Source: Reclinomonas americana ATCC 50394 (Eukaryota). From it: DNA of 35,836 bases. Within the stretch, counting starts at the first letter, position 1, and every line of letters begins with the position of its first letter. Location of the stretch: the NCBI GenBank assembly GCA_048213135.1, contig PS015499.1:32204-68039 (forward strand). Reading direction: 5' to 3'. A program made the translations under genes and the position numbers. Positions 1 through 10,382 of the stretch are shown here, piece by piece. The notes under the pieces are model-generated. The model was not told the DNA's origin. It saw nothing but the letters and a program-made list of their open reading frames with translations, and ran no database searches.

Positions 1-448
1 GGGAAGGGGAAGGGAAAAGGGAAGGGGAAGGGGAAGGGGAAGGGGAAGGGAAGGGCGGAGGGGAGAGGACGGGAAGATGAAGGCTGAGGAGAAGGGGAAG
101 GCGACGACGGGGGAAGGGGAAGGGCAAGGCAAGGAAAGTGAAGTGTGGACAGGGGGAGGGGCGACGAAGTGGAAGCAGTGAAGGCATCGAAGAGACCGGA
201 ATAAAGTGCACAGAACGCAAGAGTACGAAGGGTGAAACAACAAGTGGGCAAACGTGAAACACCACCTGGAGGGACGCACGGTCAGCAGAAGAAACGAACG
301 GAGTAGAGAGAATAAACATGTGTGCACGTGACAGCAAACTGGAGCGAGACATCGACAAGGAGAAGAGGCGATGGAGAAGAGATATGGAGAGGTGTTGAAG
401 CGAGTGGCAACGTTGGCTGCACTCTTGTCCCTTCCCTGCTTCACCCAC

Positions 449-952
449 CTCGATCGTAGTGAAAGTCCGCCAGATACTCGTACGCCATGCGGATCGACTC
501 ACGAATGAGCGACGCACGGTACTGCGCCAACTCGGAATCACGCTTCTCCTTGGTGCGTGCAGCCTCTGCGTCCGTGTCGATGATCCACCGTTCGTCCAGT
601 GCATATGCAGGGCCGAGACTGCGCAGCAAGGGAGACAGGTGAGTGGGTGAATCGATGGGAGAGAGAGACAAGAGGGGAAAGAGGGAGAGAGAAGAGAGGG
701 AGAGTGGAGCGGGAGAGCGAGAGAGAAGAGCACAAAGACGATAGGGCTAAGATATTTGGAGCGGATAAAGCCACGACCCCGCTCTGGCCGTGCGTCTTCA
801 TCGGGGCAGTCTCCTCTCTCATCCCGGTCACTCGGTGAGCCATGGTGTAAGTAGCGACTTTCTTCATCTTCCTCTTCTCTCTAACACACACACTCCATTC
901 CTCTCACTCTCGCACAATTGTGAGTCTTCAGTGAGGACGTCTCCTCTTGTCG

Positions 953-985
<33 letters not shown>

Positions 986-1631
986 CATTCGTCTCTCCAA
1001 GGCTCCCACTCTCTCGCGCTTGTGTGCGCCTTACGAGGGGTTGTCTCCTCTCACTCAATGAGTCTCTCGCTGAGCTCTCACGCACACACAAATGCACATG
1101 CCTCTTCATCGGGGTTGTCTCCTCTAAGCAGTGAGTCCAGCACTGTGACTTCCTCACGGCTTCAAGGGCTCCCCACCTCTCCTTACTTCTCTCTATCTCT
1201 CCCTTCCTCCACTTCCATCATTTACACAAGAATGCACTCGTGTTGTCCTCTCCCTCTCTCTCTCTCACACTCTCACCGATCACCCACACGCGTGGCCACC
1301 TCACGATACAACTGCGTGTTTCGTGTCTTTTTGAGGTCATCCACTGCCAGGCGCAAAGCCTCCAATTCCGTCTCAGTCGCGCCCAAGCCCGCACACTTTT
1401 CCGCGATAAACACCAGTCGATTCGTTCGCGAGTGACCAGTGTAGTTCTACACACACAAGAGAGAGAGAGAGAGTGAGTGAGTGAGGACAACAAGCAAGTG
1501 CGGAAATGGCCCTGCGCACACACACGCACACTCACCGAAATGTAGGCCTCCAAGTCGAATGAGGACGGCGCGTCGCTGCTGCCAGAGTGACCCGCAGAGG
1601 AGCCGGGTGGTGAGCGCGCGTCGACCTCCAT
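449..1631 (-). CDS. CSN1: COP9 signalosome subunit 1 (CSN1/GPS1), 5' portion; gene continues off the left edge
   Basis: Exons 1536-1631, 1277-1446 and 449-618 join through GT-AG introns in consistent phase to give MEVDARSPPG...FDLEAYISNYTGHSRTNRLVFIAEKC...EALRLAVDDLKKTRNTQLYREVATRVGDRLGPAYALDERWIIDTDAEAARTKEKRDSELAQYRASLIRESIRMAYEYLADFHYDRG. This matches the recognisable CSN1 N-terminus (LE.Y..NY.G..R..RL.FIA; D..W; L..Y..N.IKESIR). Confidence 0.92.
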
Positions 1632-1968
1632 GTGAGTGTGTGATGAAAGTGGACAGTGACAATCAGCTCGCGCGACGTCGTGCGGAAGTCGATGGCATAG
1701 GAACGCGCTTTTGTATGCGCGTTTGTGGTGTGCATCCTCTGCTGCAACAAGTACGAGTGAGAGAAAACGAAATGAACGTCGACTAGTCTGCGCAAAAAAT
1801 CCATGTCGACGTCGCGACTCACGGGAATTCGAAAGGAATCACGCGTGCAGCACTGCGCATCACTGTGCGCACTGCATCACAGTGCTTAGCTGTGCATCAC
1901 AAGCCGCAGCTTGCCAACAAAAATGCAATGTCCCACGTCGATGTCGACCTCAATCACTTTTCTGGTGC
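1632..1968. promoter_or_regulatory. Probable bidirectional promoter between CSN1 and XPO5
   Basis: 337 bp between divergent start codons. Contains several CG palindromes (GTCGAC at ~1778, ~1805 and ~1944; GTCGCGAC). Function is inferred from gene geometry only. Confidence 0.55.
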
Positions 1969-4900
1969 ATGTCGTACGAGCAAGTTGTGGCGGCACTGGA
2001 GGTGCAGCACAGTGTCAATGTCACTGATGCAGACCGGCGTCGTGCATTGGAGGTGCGTGTTGTCTGCAGAATCATTTGCTGCATGCATGATCAAAGTGCC
2101 CACGTGTGTGTTTGTGTGTGTGTGCAGGAACTAGAGGCCTTCAAGGCACTTCCAGTGGACACTGTGATTCCGCAGGCACTGGAGTGGTTTCAGCAGGCGG
2201 AGACGTCGGATGTGCTGCGGCATTTCGCACTATCGGCGATCGAGGTTGCGTGCGTTGTCAGAGAAACCCTCCCATTCTCTGCACACACACACACACACAC
2301 CAACTCTGTGTGAGCAGCACGCAGTCACTACGTGGTGGAACGAGATGAATGCAGAACAACGGAACCTGTGTCAGTCGCTGTCGTTCCAGTTGATTCAGTC
2401 GCTGGTGCGACCGCTCAATGAGGAGCCTTTGTACATTCTGGAAAAGGTGGCGGCGGTGCTGTGCGAGGTGGCCAAGCGAGCGTGGCCGCAAGAGTGGCCG
2501 ACAATGGTGCCCGACTTGCTGCAGCTGGCGCAGACCGGGGTAAGCTCAATGTGACTCTCGCGAGATTAGGTTGCGTGTACTGATTGATGTTCCACCTCGT
2601 GCAGCCATCGGCGCTCATGTCGGCGCTGCTGGTGTGTCTCCGGTTGCCGGAGGAGGTCATCATGTGCATGGACACACTGAGCATTTCAGCGGCGCGACGC
2701 GGCGACGTTTCAAAGGTGAACGAACACAGCACAGGCAACAAGGGTTCATCGTGCTGACTCTTCTTTCTTCCTCTGCAGGGTCTCAACGCCTCGCTGGATC
2801 AGATCTTTCCGTTTCTGCGCGAAGTGTTGGACTCGCAGTGGACGGTGTATCAGCAGTCGCTGGCAGACGCGGCCGCCGGCAATGCCGAGGCTGCGGGCAC
2901 CCGCGACATGGCCATTCGATTCATCCAGACGGCATTCAATGCGCTGCAGCCGTACGCCTCCATCATCACCTGCAGTCGGATCTTGGAGGTGGGCTTTCTG
3001 GAGATTCTGTTTGCCGTGATCAACGACCGCGTGTTCTCCGTGGTCGCTCTGGAGACGCTGTTGGTGCTGGCCAGTTTCAAGTGGAAAGGGCAGTCGGTGG
3101 GTTTTGTCTCCCTCTCTCCCTCTCCCTCTCCACCAACCCACGTACCTCTCTCTCTCTCTCTCTCTTCCACGCTGCACAGGGCCGCAATGCGAGCTCCCTG
3201 CAGCCTGACTCCATGTTCGAGGTCTACTTGCAGGGTCTGGCCACCTTTTGTCCACCAGCGCCGACCAGCGATGCCGACTTTGAGGAGTGCCACAACATTC
3301 ACCGACGGTACTGCCAGGTGAGTGTGGCTGCAAGCGCCAGTTATATATCGTCTTTCATCTCAACTGTGGTGTGCAGATTGTGTGTGCACTCGGCGAATAC
3401 AATCAAAACATCATGTACACGGCGTCGGCAGACACGGCACGGCGGTGCGTTCCTTGCCTTTCGTGGTACGCTCTGCAGCGAAGATGTTCAACCTCGCTCG
3501 CTTTTGCTTTGCGATGTGTGCAGATATTACGCAATGCTGGCTGCATGCTCGGAGCACGATAGTGCATTGTTGAGCGCGTATACGGTGCCGGTGTGGGTGG
3601 CCATTCTCAAGAGTGGCGAGATGTTGGAGGTCTGTTTTGAGGGGTATTTTGATCGTTGTTGTGGCACACTCATTTTTCTGTCGCCGACACAGAAAGCGAA
3701 TCCGGTGGAATTCGTCACGGCACTTCTGCCGTCGTTTGCGAACAAGGCCGTGCGTGGGGCGTACGATCCAGAAAGACCAGGTTTGTGTGCGTGTGCTTGC
3801 TGGTGTGTGTAGCCATCGTCGCGCTCACTCTGCGCAGATGCAAGCATCATCACGCAGCTCGACTTCGAATCGCGTGAGAGCTACGCCGACTTTTTTGGGT
3901 CGTTCCGCAGCAGCTGCAAGACGTACTTTACCGAAGTGGCGGTGCTGGCGGTGTGTGGATGTGTCTGCTGTTCTGCATGAGCGATTCAATTAATCGACTT
4001 ACTTGTCCATGTCGCTGGTAGCCACATGCTTCGGCTCACTTCGCGCACTCGGTGATGGAGACGGCACTGCCGGTGATGGGTCCACTGCCGGGCGATGGTA
4101 CGCACCTTTCGTGTGCAATATCCACATGCCAGTGCTTCGCTCTCTCCCCCTCTCGCTGCTCCCCCTCTCGCTCTCCCCCTCTCGCTCTCCCCCCTCGCTC
4201 TCCCCCTCTCGTTCTCCCCTCTCNNNNNNNNNNNNNNNNNNNNNNNNNNNNNNNNNNNNNNNNNNNNNNNNNNNNNNNNNNNNNNNNNNNNNNNNNNNNN
4301 NNNNNNNNNNNNNNNNNNNNNNNNNNNNNNNNNNNNNNNNNNNNNNNNNNNNNNNNNNNNNNNNNNNNNNNNNNNNNNNNNNNNNNNNNNNNNNNNNNNN
4401 NNNNNNNNNNNNNNNNNNNNNNNNNNNNNNNNNNNNNNNNNNNNNNNNNNNNNNNNNNNNNNNNNNNNNNNNNNNNNNNNNNNNNNNNNNNNNNNNNNNN
4501 NNNNNNNNNNNNNNNNNNNNNNNNNNNNNNNNNNNNNNNNNNNNNNNNNNNNNNNNNNNNNNNNNNNNNNNNNNNNNNNNNNNNNNNNNNNNNNNNNNNN
4601 NNNNNNNNNNNNNNNNNNNNNNNNNNNNNNNNNNNNNNNNNNNNNNNNNNNNNNNNNNNNNNNNNNNNNNNNNNNNNNNNNNNNNNNNNNNNNNNNNNNN
4701 NNNTGCCACGTGCTTCGCTCTTCCCCTCTCGCTGTCCCCGTCCTCGCTCTCCCCTCTCGCTCTCCCCCTCGCTCTCCCCTCTCGTTCTCCCCTCTCGCTC
4801 TCCCCTCTCGCTCTCCCCTCTCGCTCTCCCCCTCTCGTCTCCCCCTCTCGCTGCTCCCCATCTCACTCTCCCCATCTCGCTCACCCCCTCTCGCTCTCCC

Positions 4901-7130
4901 TATCTCCCCCTCTTGCTCTCACTCACCCACCTCATCCATTTCGCAGCTGTCACCGAGTTCGGTCACGTGGCATACGATTCGCAAGCGGTGGCCGTGTGGG
5001 ATCTGGCGGAATTCATCTTTGATGCCGTCAACTCGGGTCTCACGCGCGTCCCCATGACCCATGTTGAGTCGACAGTTGGTGCAGGTCGCACAATTCTCTT
5101 GTTACTCACGTCGCTGTGTTGTGTTAGCCTGAATTCGCTGCCGCCATTGAGCGTGTGCATGCCATGGCCATGTCACTCATCGCGTTGTCATTGACGGTAT
5201 TGACAGCTCGTTCCTGCCATCTGGTGTTCCACGCGCTCACCTGCCTTCATCCTCACAGGATCCGGTAATCGTGCCCAAGTATCTCGAGTGCTTCTCGTCG
5301 GTGTCGTGGGCTCTCAGCCGAGCTTCGGATGGTTTGTGTGCAGTGCGGTTCCTCAGTTCGCAGCAGTGTCTCATTGCAGTTTCCCCGACGCAGATGCTGT
5401 GCTTCTTCAAGTGCTCGACAAGGTGCTGTCGTTTCTCCCTCCACAATTAGTGATGATTGTGCACTCACCGCGATTGTAGCTGTTCCAATACATGGTCTTC
5501 CGGGCGCCGAGTGAAGGCGATCGTACGAGCGAGGACACGCAGGCGGCGCGTCGCAAGGCATTCACCACATTTATCAAGTTTTGCAAGGCGCTTTCGGGTC
5601 GCTTGCTGGTGAACTTGTTGCACACATCACGGTCTGTGCAGCGAGCGGCCTTTTTCGCTCACTTCAATCGTCTCGCGCATGCAGCCGCATCTGGATGTGA
5701 TTGTCACTCGTGCAGTGCAACTGTGGAGCGAGGAGCAGATCCACTTGGCAGAGCTGGCATTTGTACTCGACGCCATTGCCACCATTTCGTGCGTCTTCTC
5801 GAAACTCTTTCTGTTTGCGTGCGTGTTTATCAACTTCTCACTGTCTTGGTGTCTGCAGGAACGAGTATCAAGACGTCGCGCGACAGGCGGCGTTTTTGCA
5901 GGATATGCTGGGGTTCGTGTTGGAGCAGTGGAAGACGCCGATGGTGCAGAGCTGTTGCGTATTCGTGCGCGCCTTCCTTCCTCGATCGATGTAGCTGGCT
6001 TGCCCACTCGACTTTCTTTTCACGCAGTGCTGCTGGATCCAGTGGCTCTCTTGTACGCCATGGATCTCGTGCCGGCACCGGAAGGCACGCTGATTGAGAA
6101 CGGTGCCTCGGCGCGCTCTCTGGTTTGCCTCCCTCCCTCTCCCGTTACTAGTTCTTGATGTCGTGGCTGAACTGTCATGGATGCAGCTCAACTCACTGCT
6201 CAACATCCTGTCGTCGGTGACCAGACGCATCAAGAATTTCAACGATGCATCGGTATGTGCTACTGGCAGCAGAAGTATCTCGCTTCTTTTTCTCCGTCGG
6301 CTGATGGCGTTTGCAGGGCAACATTATGAACGCCTTTTTCGACATTGAGCAAGTGGTGCTGTCGGATGTGGCCGCCCTGGTCAGCAACCTGCATCGCATC
6401 TACAATCCCGCGTTCTACGCTGAAGCCGGTATCAGCGACGACGTTGCTGCAGCGGCACTGGGTGTGCTGCACACGCCGACTGCGCAGGAGTGCCACGTTG
6501 CTCTTGGTTCGCTTCCATGTCACGGTCTCGCAATTCAGTAGAGAAGATGCAATGACTTATACCACACTCTCGCACAGGTCAAAAGGGATTGCTGCGCAAG
6601 GCGGCATCGGAGGAAGAGGAGCGGTTGCGCTCTGTACAGACGGCCCTGGCCAACATTCGCGAGCATGCGTTGCGTGTGTGTGTGCATCGATGTGCTTCTG
6701 TGCCCTGCTCGTTTGCTCACGTTTCTGCTTCCAGTTATCAAGTGTTCCACTTTGCATTCTTGCACGTGGTTGGCGTGTTTTCGATGCGCGACGTGGGTGC
6801 CATGCTGGCGCAAACTGTTTTCTCGAATCTCGAATTCCTCGACGATCGGCACTGGCGGCGCTTCTTCAGTTTCGTGACATCCATGTGCTTGCATGGCGGC
6901 ATGTGGTCCTCACGGCTTGCCAACACCAACAAATAGGTTACATTGTGGAGCCACTGTGGACCACGTGCCCTGTGGCGCTGTACGGAGAGGTCCCCGGCGT
7001 CCTTTTGCCACTCGTCTTCAATCTGGTGGGCCAGCGCCTCGGCGAGGGCTGGTCAGGGCAGCGAGCGGCGGCGCGTGCGGGCAATGCGCTGGTCAATTTC
7101 AACGTGGCCACGGCCGAGGAGTCTGAGATT
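1969..7130 (+). CDS. XPO5: Exportin-5 / Msn5 / HASTY family importin-beta-like export receptor, about 20 exons, 3' end lost in gap
   Basis: Spliced translation: MSYEQVVAALEVQHS...RRRALEELEAFK...VLRHFALSAIEHAVTTWWNEM...EEPLYILEKVAAVLCEVAKRAWPQEWPTMVPDL...LLVCLRLPEEV...QLDFESRESYADFFGSFRS...TQAARRKAFTTFIKFCK...NIREHAYQVF...VFSNLEFLDDRHWRRFF...QRLGEGW...EESEI. It has IBN_N/Xpo1-type N-terminal motifs plus exportin-5-type C-terminal motifs. All inferred introns are GT-AG and frame-consistent. Confidence 0.85.
4135..4925 (+). repeat. Pyrimidine-rich degenerate minisatellite (ctctcgctctcccc, ~12-14 bp unit) in XPO5 intron
   Basis: Directly visible tandem units on both sides of the gap. Confidence 0.9.
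4224..4703. other. Assembly gap (N run) inside a CT-rich XPO5 intron
   Basis: N run flanked on both sides by (CTCGCTCTCCC)n-like repeats. Confidence 0.98.
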
Positions 7131-7766
7131 NNNNNNNNNNNNNNNNNNNNNNNNNNNNNNNNNNNNNNNNNNNNNNNNNNNNNNNNNNNNNNNNNNNNNN
7201 NNNNNNNNNNNNNNNNNNNNNNNNNNNNNNNNNNNNNNNNNNNNNNNNNNNNNNNNNNNNNNNNNNNNNNNNNNNNNNNNNNNNNNNNNNNNNNNNNNNN
7301 NNNNNNNNNNNNNNNNNNNNNNNNNNNNNNNNNNNNNNNNNNNNNNNNNNNNNNNNNNNNNNNNNNNNNNNNNNNNNNNNNNNNNNNNNNNNNNNNNNNN
7401 NNNNNNNNNNNNNNNNNNNNNNNNNNNNNNNNNNNNNNNNNNNNNNNNNNNNNNNNNNNNNNNNNNNNNNNNNNNNNNNNNNNNNNNNNNNNNNNNNNNN
7501 NNNNNNNNNNNNNNNNNNNNNNNNNNNNNNNNNNNNNNNNNNNNNNNNNNNNNNNNNNNNNNNNNNNNNNNNNNNNNNNNNNNNNNNNNNNNNNNNNNNN
7601 NNNNNNNNNNNNNNNNNNNNNNNNNNNNNNNNNNNNNNNNNNNNNNNNNNNNNNNNNNNNNNNNNNNNNNNNNNNNNNNNNNNNNNNNNNNNNNNNNNNN
7701 NNNNNNNNNNNNNNNNNNNNNNNNNNNNNNNNNNNNNNNNNNNNNNNNNNNNNNNNNNNNNNNNNN
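7131..7766. other. Assembly gap between convergent genes
   Basis: N run. XPO5 is open at the left edge and an intron of the minus-strand gene is open at the right edge. Confidence 0.98.
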
Positions 7767-8524
7767 GGAAGGGCAAGGGAAGGGGGGAAGGGCAAGGGAA
7801 GGGGGAAAGGGCAAGGGAAGGGGGGAAGGGCAAGGGAAGGGGGGAAAGGGGGAAAGGGGGAAAGGGCAAGGGAGGAAAGGGGACAGGGTGCGAAGATATG
7901 AGAAAGAAGCGGAAACAGGGTGTGAAGATGAGAGGTAGGAAGCCAGAAAAAGGATCACAGACGGTGACAGTGACAGCGACAGAAGCGAAGGCAGGGCATG
8001 AGGATGAGAGTGAGTGGGGAGGCACGGAGACAAGATCAGAGGAAAGAGATAGAAGCGATGACAGGAAGTGAAGATGAGACTGAGTGGGGAGGCACGGAAA
8101 CAGGTTCAGAGACAGTGATAAAGCGAAGAAAGGTTGTGAAGCTCAGAGATGAAGGCAGCATCAGACAACAATAGAAAGAAGCGAAAAATGGGTGTGAAGA
8201 TGAGAGGGAGTGGAGGGCACGGAAACAGGATCAGAGAAGAGAGAAAGACAGAGAAGTGGGACAGCGTATGAAGAGAAACGGGGGTGGGAACAGGATCAGA
8301 TACAGCGACAGAAGCGAGACAGACGGAGACAGAGGGTGATGATGAGAGGGAGTGGGAGGCAAGTTCACAGGACAGAAACAGATCAGAGACAAGAGACAGA
8401 AGCGGAGACAGGTTGTGGAGATGAAAGGGAGTGGGAGGCATGTAAATAGGATGAGGAGACAAGAACCACAAGCGAAAACAAGAGATCATGGCAGCAAGTT
8501 GGGAGATATCTCTGGATTACAAAC

Positions 8525-9588
8525 CTGGGCGGCCTTGACGACCTTCTCGAGCACCTCCTTCTCGACCTTGCCCTGAATACACCAAAACAGTGAGGAAGCA
8601 AGTGGTTTGCATCGGAAGGGACGGAATGATCAACTCACAGTCTCGTTGAGGGAGCGCAGTGCAGCACGAGCGGCCTTGCGGACCTGTGACAAGAGCACTG
8701 AGAACACGAGCGGGACTCTGCAACAAAAAAAGAGGTGCGAACCGCCTTGGCGGCCTTCACGGCAGCCTTGGACGCCTGCAATACAAGAGAGCATGAGCAC
8801 CAACAATTCATCGGCTTGCCTTACGCTGTGCCCACACGCAACCTTCAGTGGCTTGCGCTCGGCACGGCGGGCCTTCTTGGCAGCGCGGTGAGCGGCAATA
8901 ACAGCCAGCGCCACCGCACGCTTGTTACGATCACCCTCCGCGTTGGCCTTGCACACCACAGCCAGCTTCTTGCTCTCGTCCTTCAACGCCTGCACCATCG
9001 AAATGAGCTCCTCGTGCTCATCCTCGTGCTCCACCTCCTCCTCCTCAGCATCCTCCGCCGCATCCTGCACAGCAACAAGTGAGCGGGAAGTTGGGGTCAA
9101 CAGTGGGAGGAAGCAAACCTCGGCATCGTCGTCGACCACAACCTCATCGAAATCCTGATATTGGACAATGGACAATGCGGCATGAGTCACCAGATATCAA
9201 AGATATCCGACGCGCCCGTCTTCTCTCTCTCATGTTGCTGCTCACCTGGTGGGCATCAGCGTCCTCCAGCTCATCCTCCTCATCCGCGTCCTCCTCTTCC
9301 TCATCGTCCTCTGCAGCTGGCGCGGCAGTGGGTGCGGCCGACTTGAGTTGTTGGAAAATGGCATCCTCTGAGAGAGTGCCGTCGTCCTCGTGTTCCTCCT
9401 CAAACATCTCGTCCTCCAGAGCACGCAGCTCAGAGTCATCGTTGTCCATCAGTTGAGCCGCACTCTGTGTTGAGAGAGAGTGCGTGTGAGTGATAGCAGA
9501 GTGACAGTGAGCATGAGTGGAGAGAGAGCGCAACAGCGACCACTGCCAAGAGCGCCAACAAGAGCGCGATGAGTGTCAAGTAACGCAT
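8525..9588 (-). CDS. Uncharacterised secreted protein: signal peptide, very acidic region, then Ala/Lys-rich helical region; 3' end lost in gap
   Basis: Exons 9535-9588, 9246-9464, 9119-9154, 8843-9064, 8743-8775, 8639-8683 and 8525-8572 give MRYLTLIALLLALLAVVA|SAAQLMDNDDSELRALEDEMFEEEHEDD...DADAHQ|DFDEVVVDDDAE|DAAEDAEEEEVEHEDEHEELISMVQALKDESKKLAVVCKANAEGDRNKRAVALAVIAAHRAAKKARRAERKPLK|ASKAAVKAAKA|VRKAARAALRSLNET|GKVEKEVLEKVVKAAQ. The N-terminus has a classic signal-peptide shape. No family recognised. Confidence 0.78.
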
Positions 9589-9864
9589 GATCGTTTGGTT
9601 TGTGAGTGGTCTGTGCTCCACTGTGAAAAATGACGCAAAGATTGGTCGCGGATATCTTGATGAGTCACGCAGATGGCATTTCGAGAAGATATCTTGGTCG
9701 CCACTGGTCGCGACCGACGACACACACGAGACGGATGAACAACCGACGACTCACTTTTGGCTGGTGTGCTACGAGAGACAGAGAAAAGGACCTTTGCTTA
9801 AGCCATTCGTGCAGGAAGGCCACGATTGATATCAGCTGCGTTCGGACGGTGCTCACTGACCATG

Positions 9865-10270
9865 GACATGCTTTCGCCCTTCTCATGGAGCACCACTCTT
9901 TGAAAGAACTCGCTGGACAAGCCGTTCACGCTTCTCGAGAAGCGCCACTCCTGAACGATGCTGTTCTTTGAAAGAATTCATCCGGAAAGCGCCGAAGAAA
10001 CCCCACTAAAGAAACCGTTCACACTTCTCGAGAAGCGCCACTCTTGAACGAGGCTGTTCGTTGAAAGTACTCATTCAGAAAGCGCTGTCGCCCTTCTCAT
10101 GGAACTCCACTCTTGAACGGCTGTTCTTCGCAAGAAGCGCCACTCCTCAACGATGCTGTTCGTCGAAAGAACTCGCTTTCGCCCTTGTCACAGAGCGTCA
10201 CTCTTGAACTCTAAATTCTAGAAAGAAAACTCACTGGACAAGCCCATTCACCCTTCTCGTTTGAACGATA
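9865..10270. repeat. Degenerate intergenic tandem repeat
   Basis: Recurrent blocks aagcgccactc(c/t)tgaacga(t/g)gctgttc..gaaag, tcgcccttctcatgga and cgttcac.cttctcgagaag, several copies each. Confidence 0.8.
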
Positions 10271-10382
10271 CTAATTCTTTTACACTCGACGCAACATCCC
10301 CTCACAAGAAAGAAAGAAAAAAGCCTCACCGCGCTCAACTTCTCCTCCTCCTCTTCTTCTTCCGCCACACCACCTCCCTCGC

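Noticed and set aside
2571..3812. 413 aa ORF and similar long six-frame ORFs
   Set aside because: These read through introns and off-frame exons of XPO5 in GC-rich, stop-poor DNA. The spliced model explains the region.
9865..10270. Possible CRISPR-like array (also 33895-34300)
   Set aside because: Repeats are degenerate and irregularly spaced, the intervening sequences are themselves repeated, there are no cas genes, and the context is eukaryotic.
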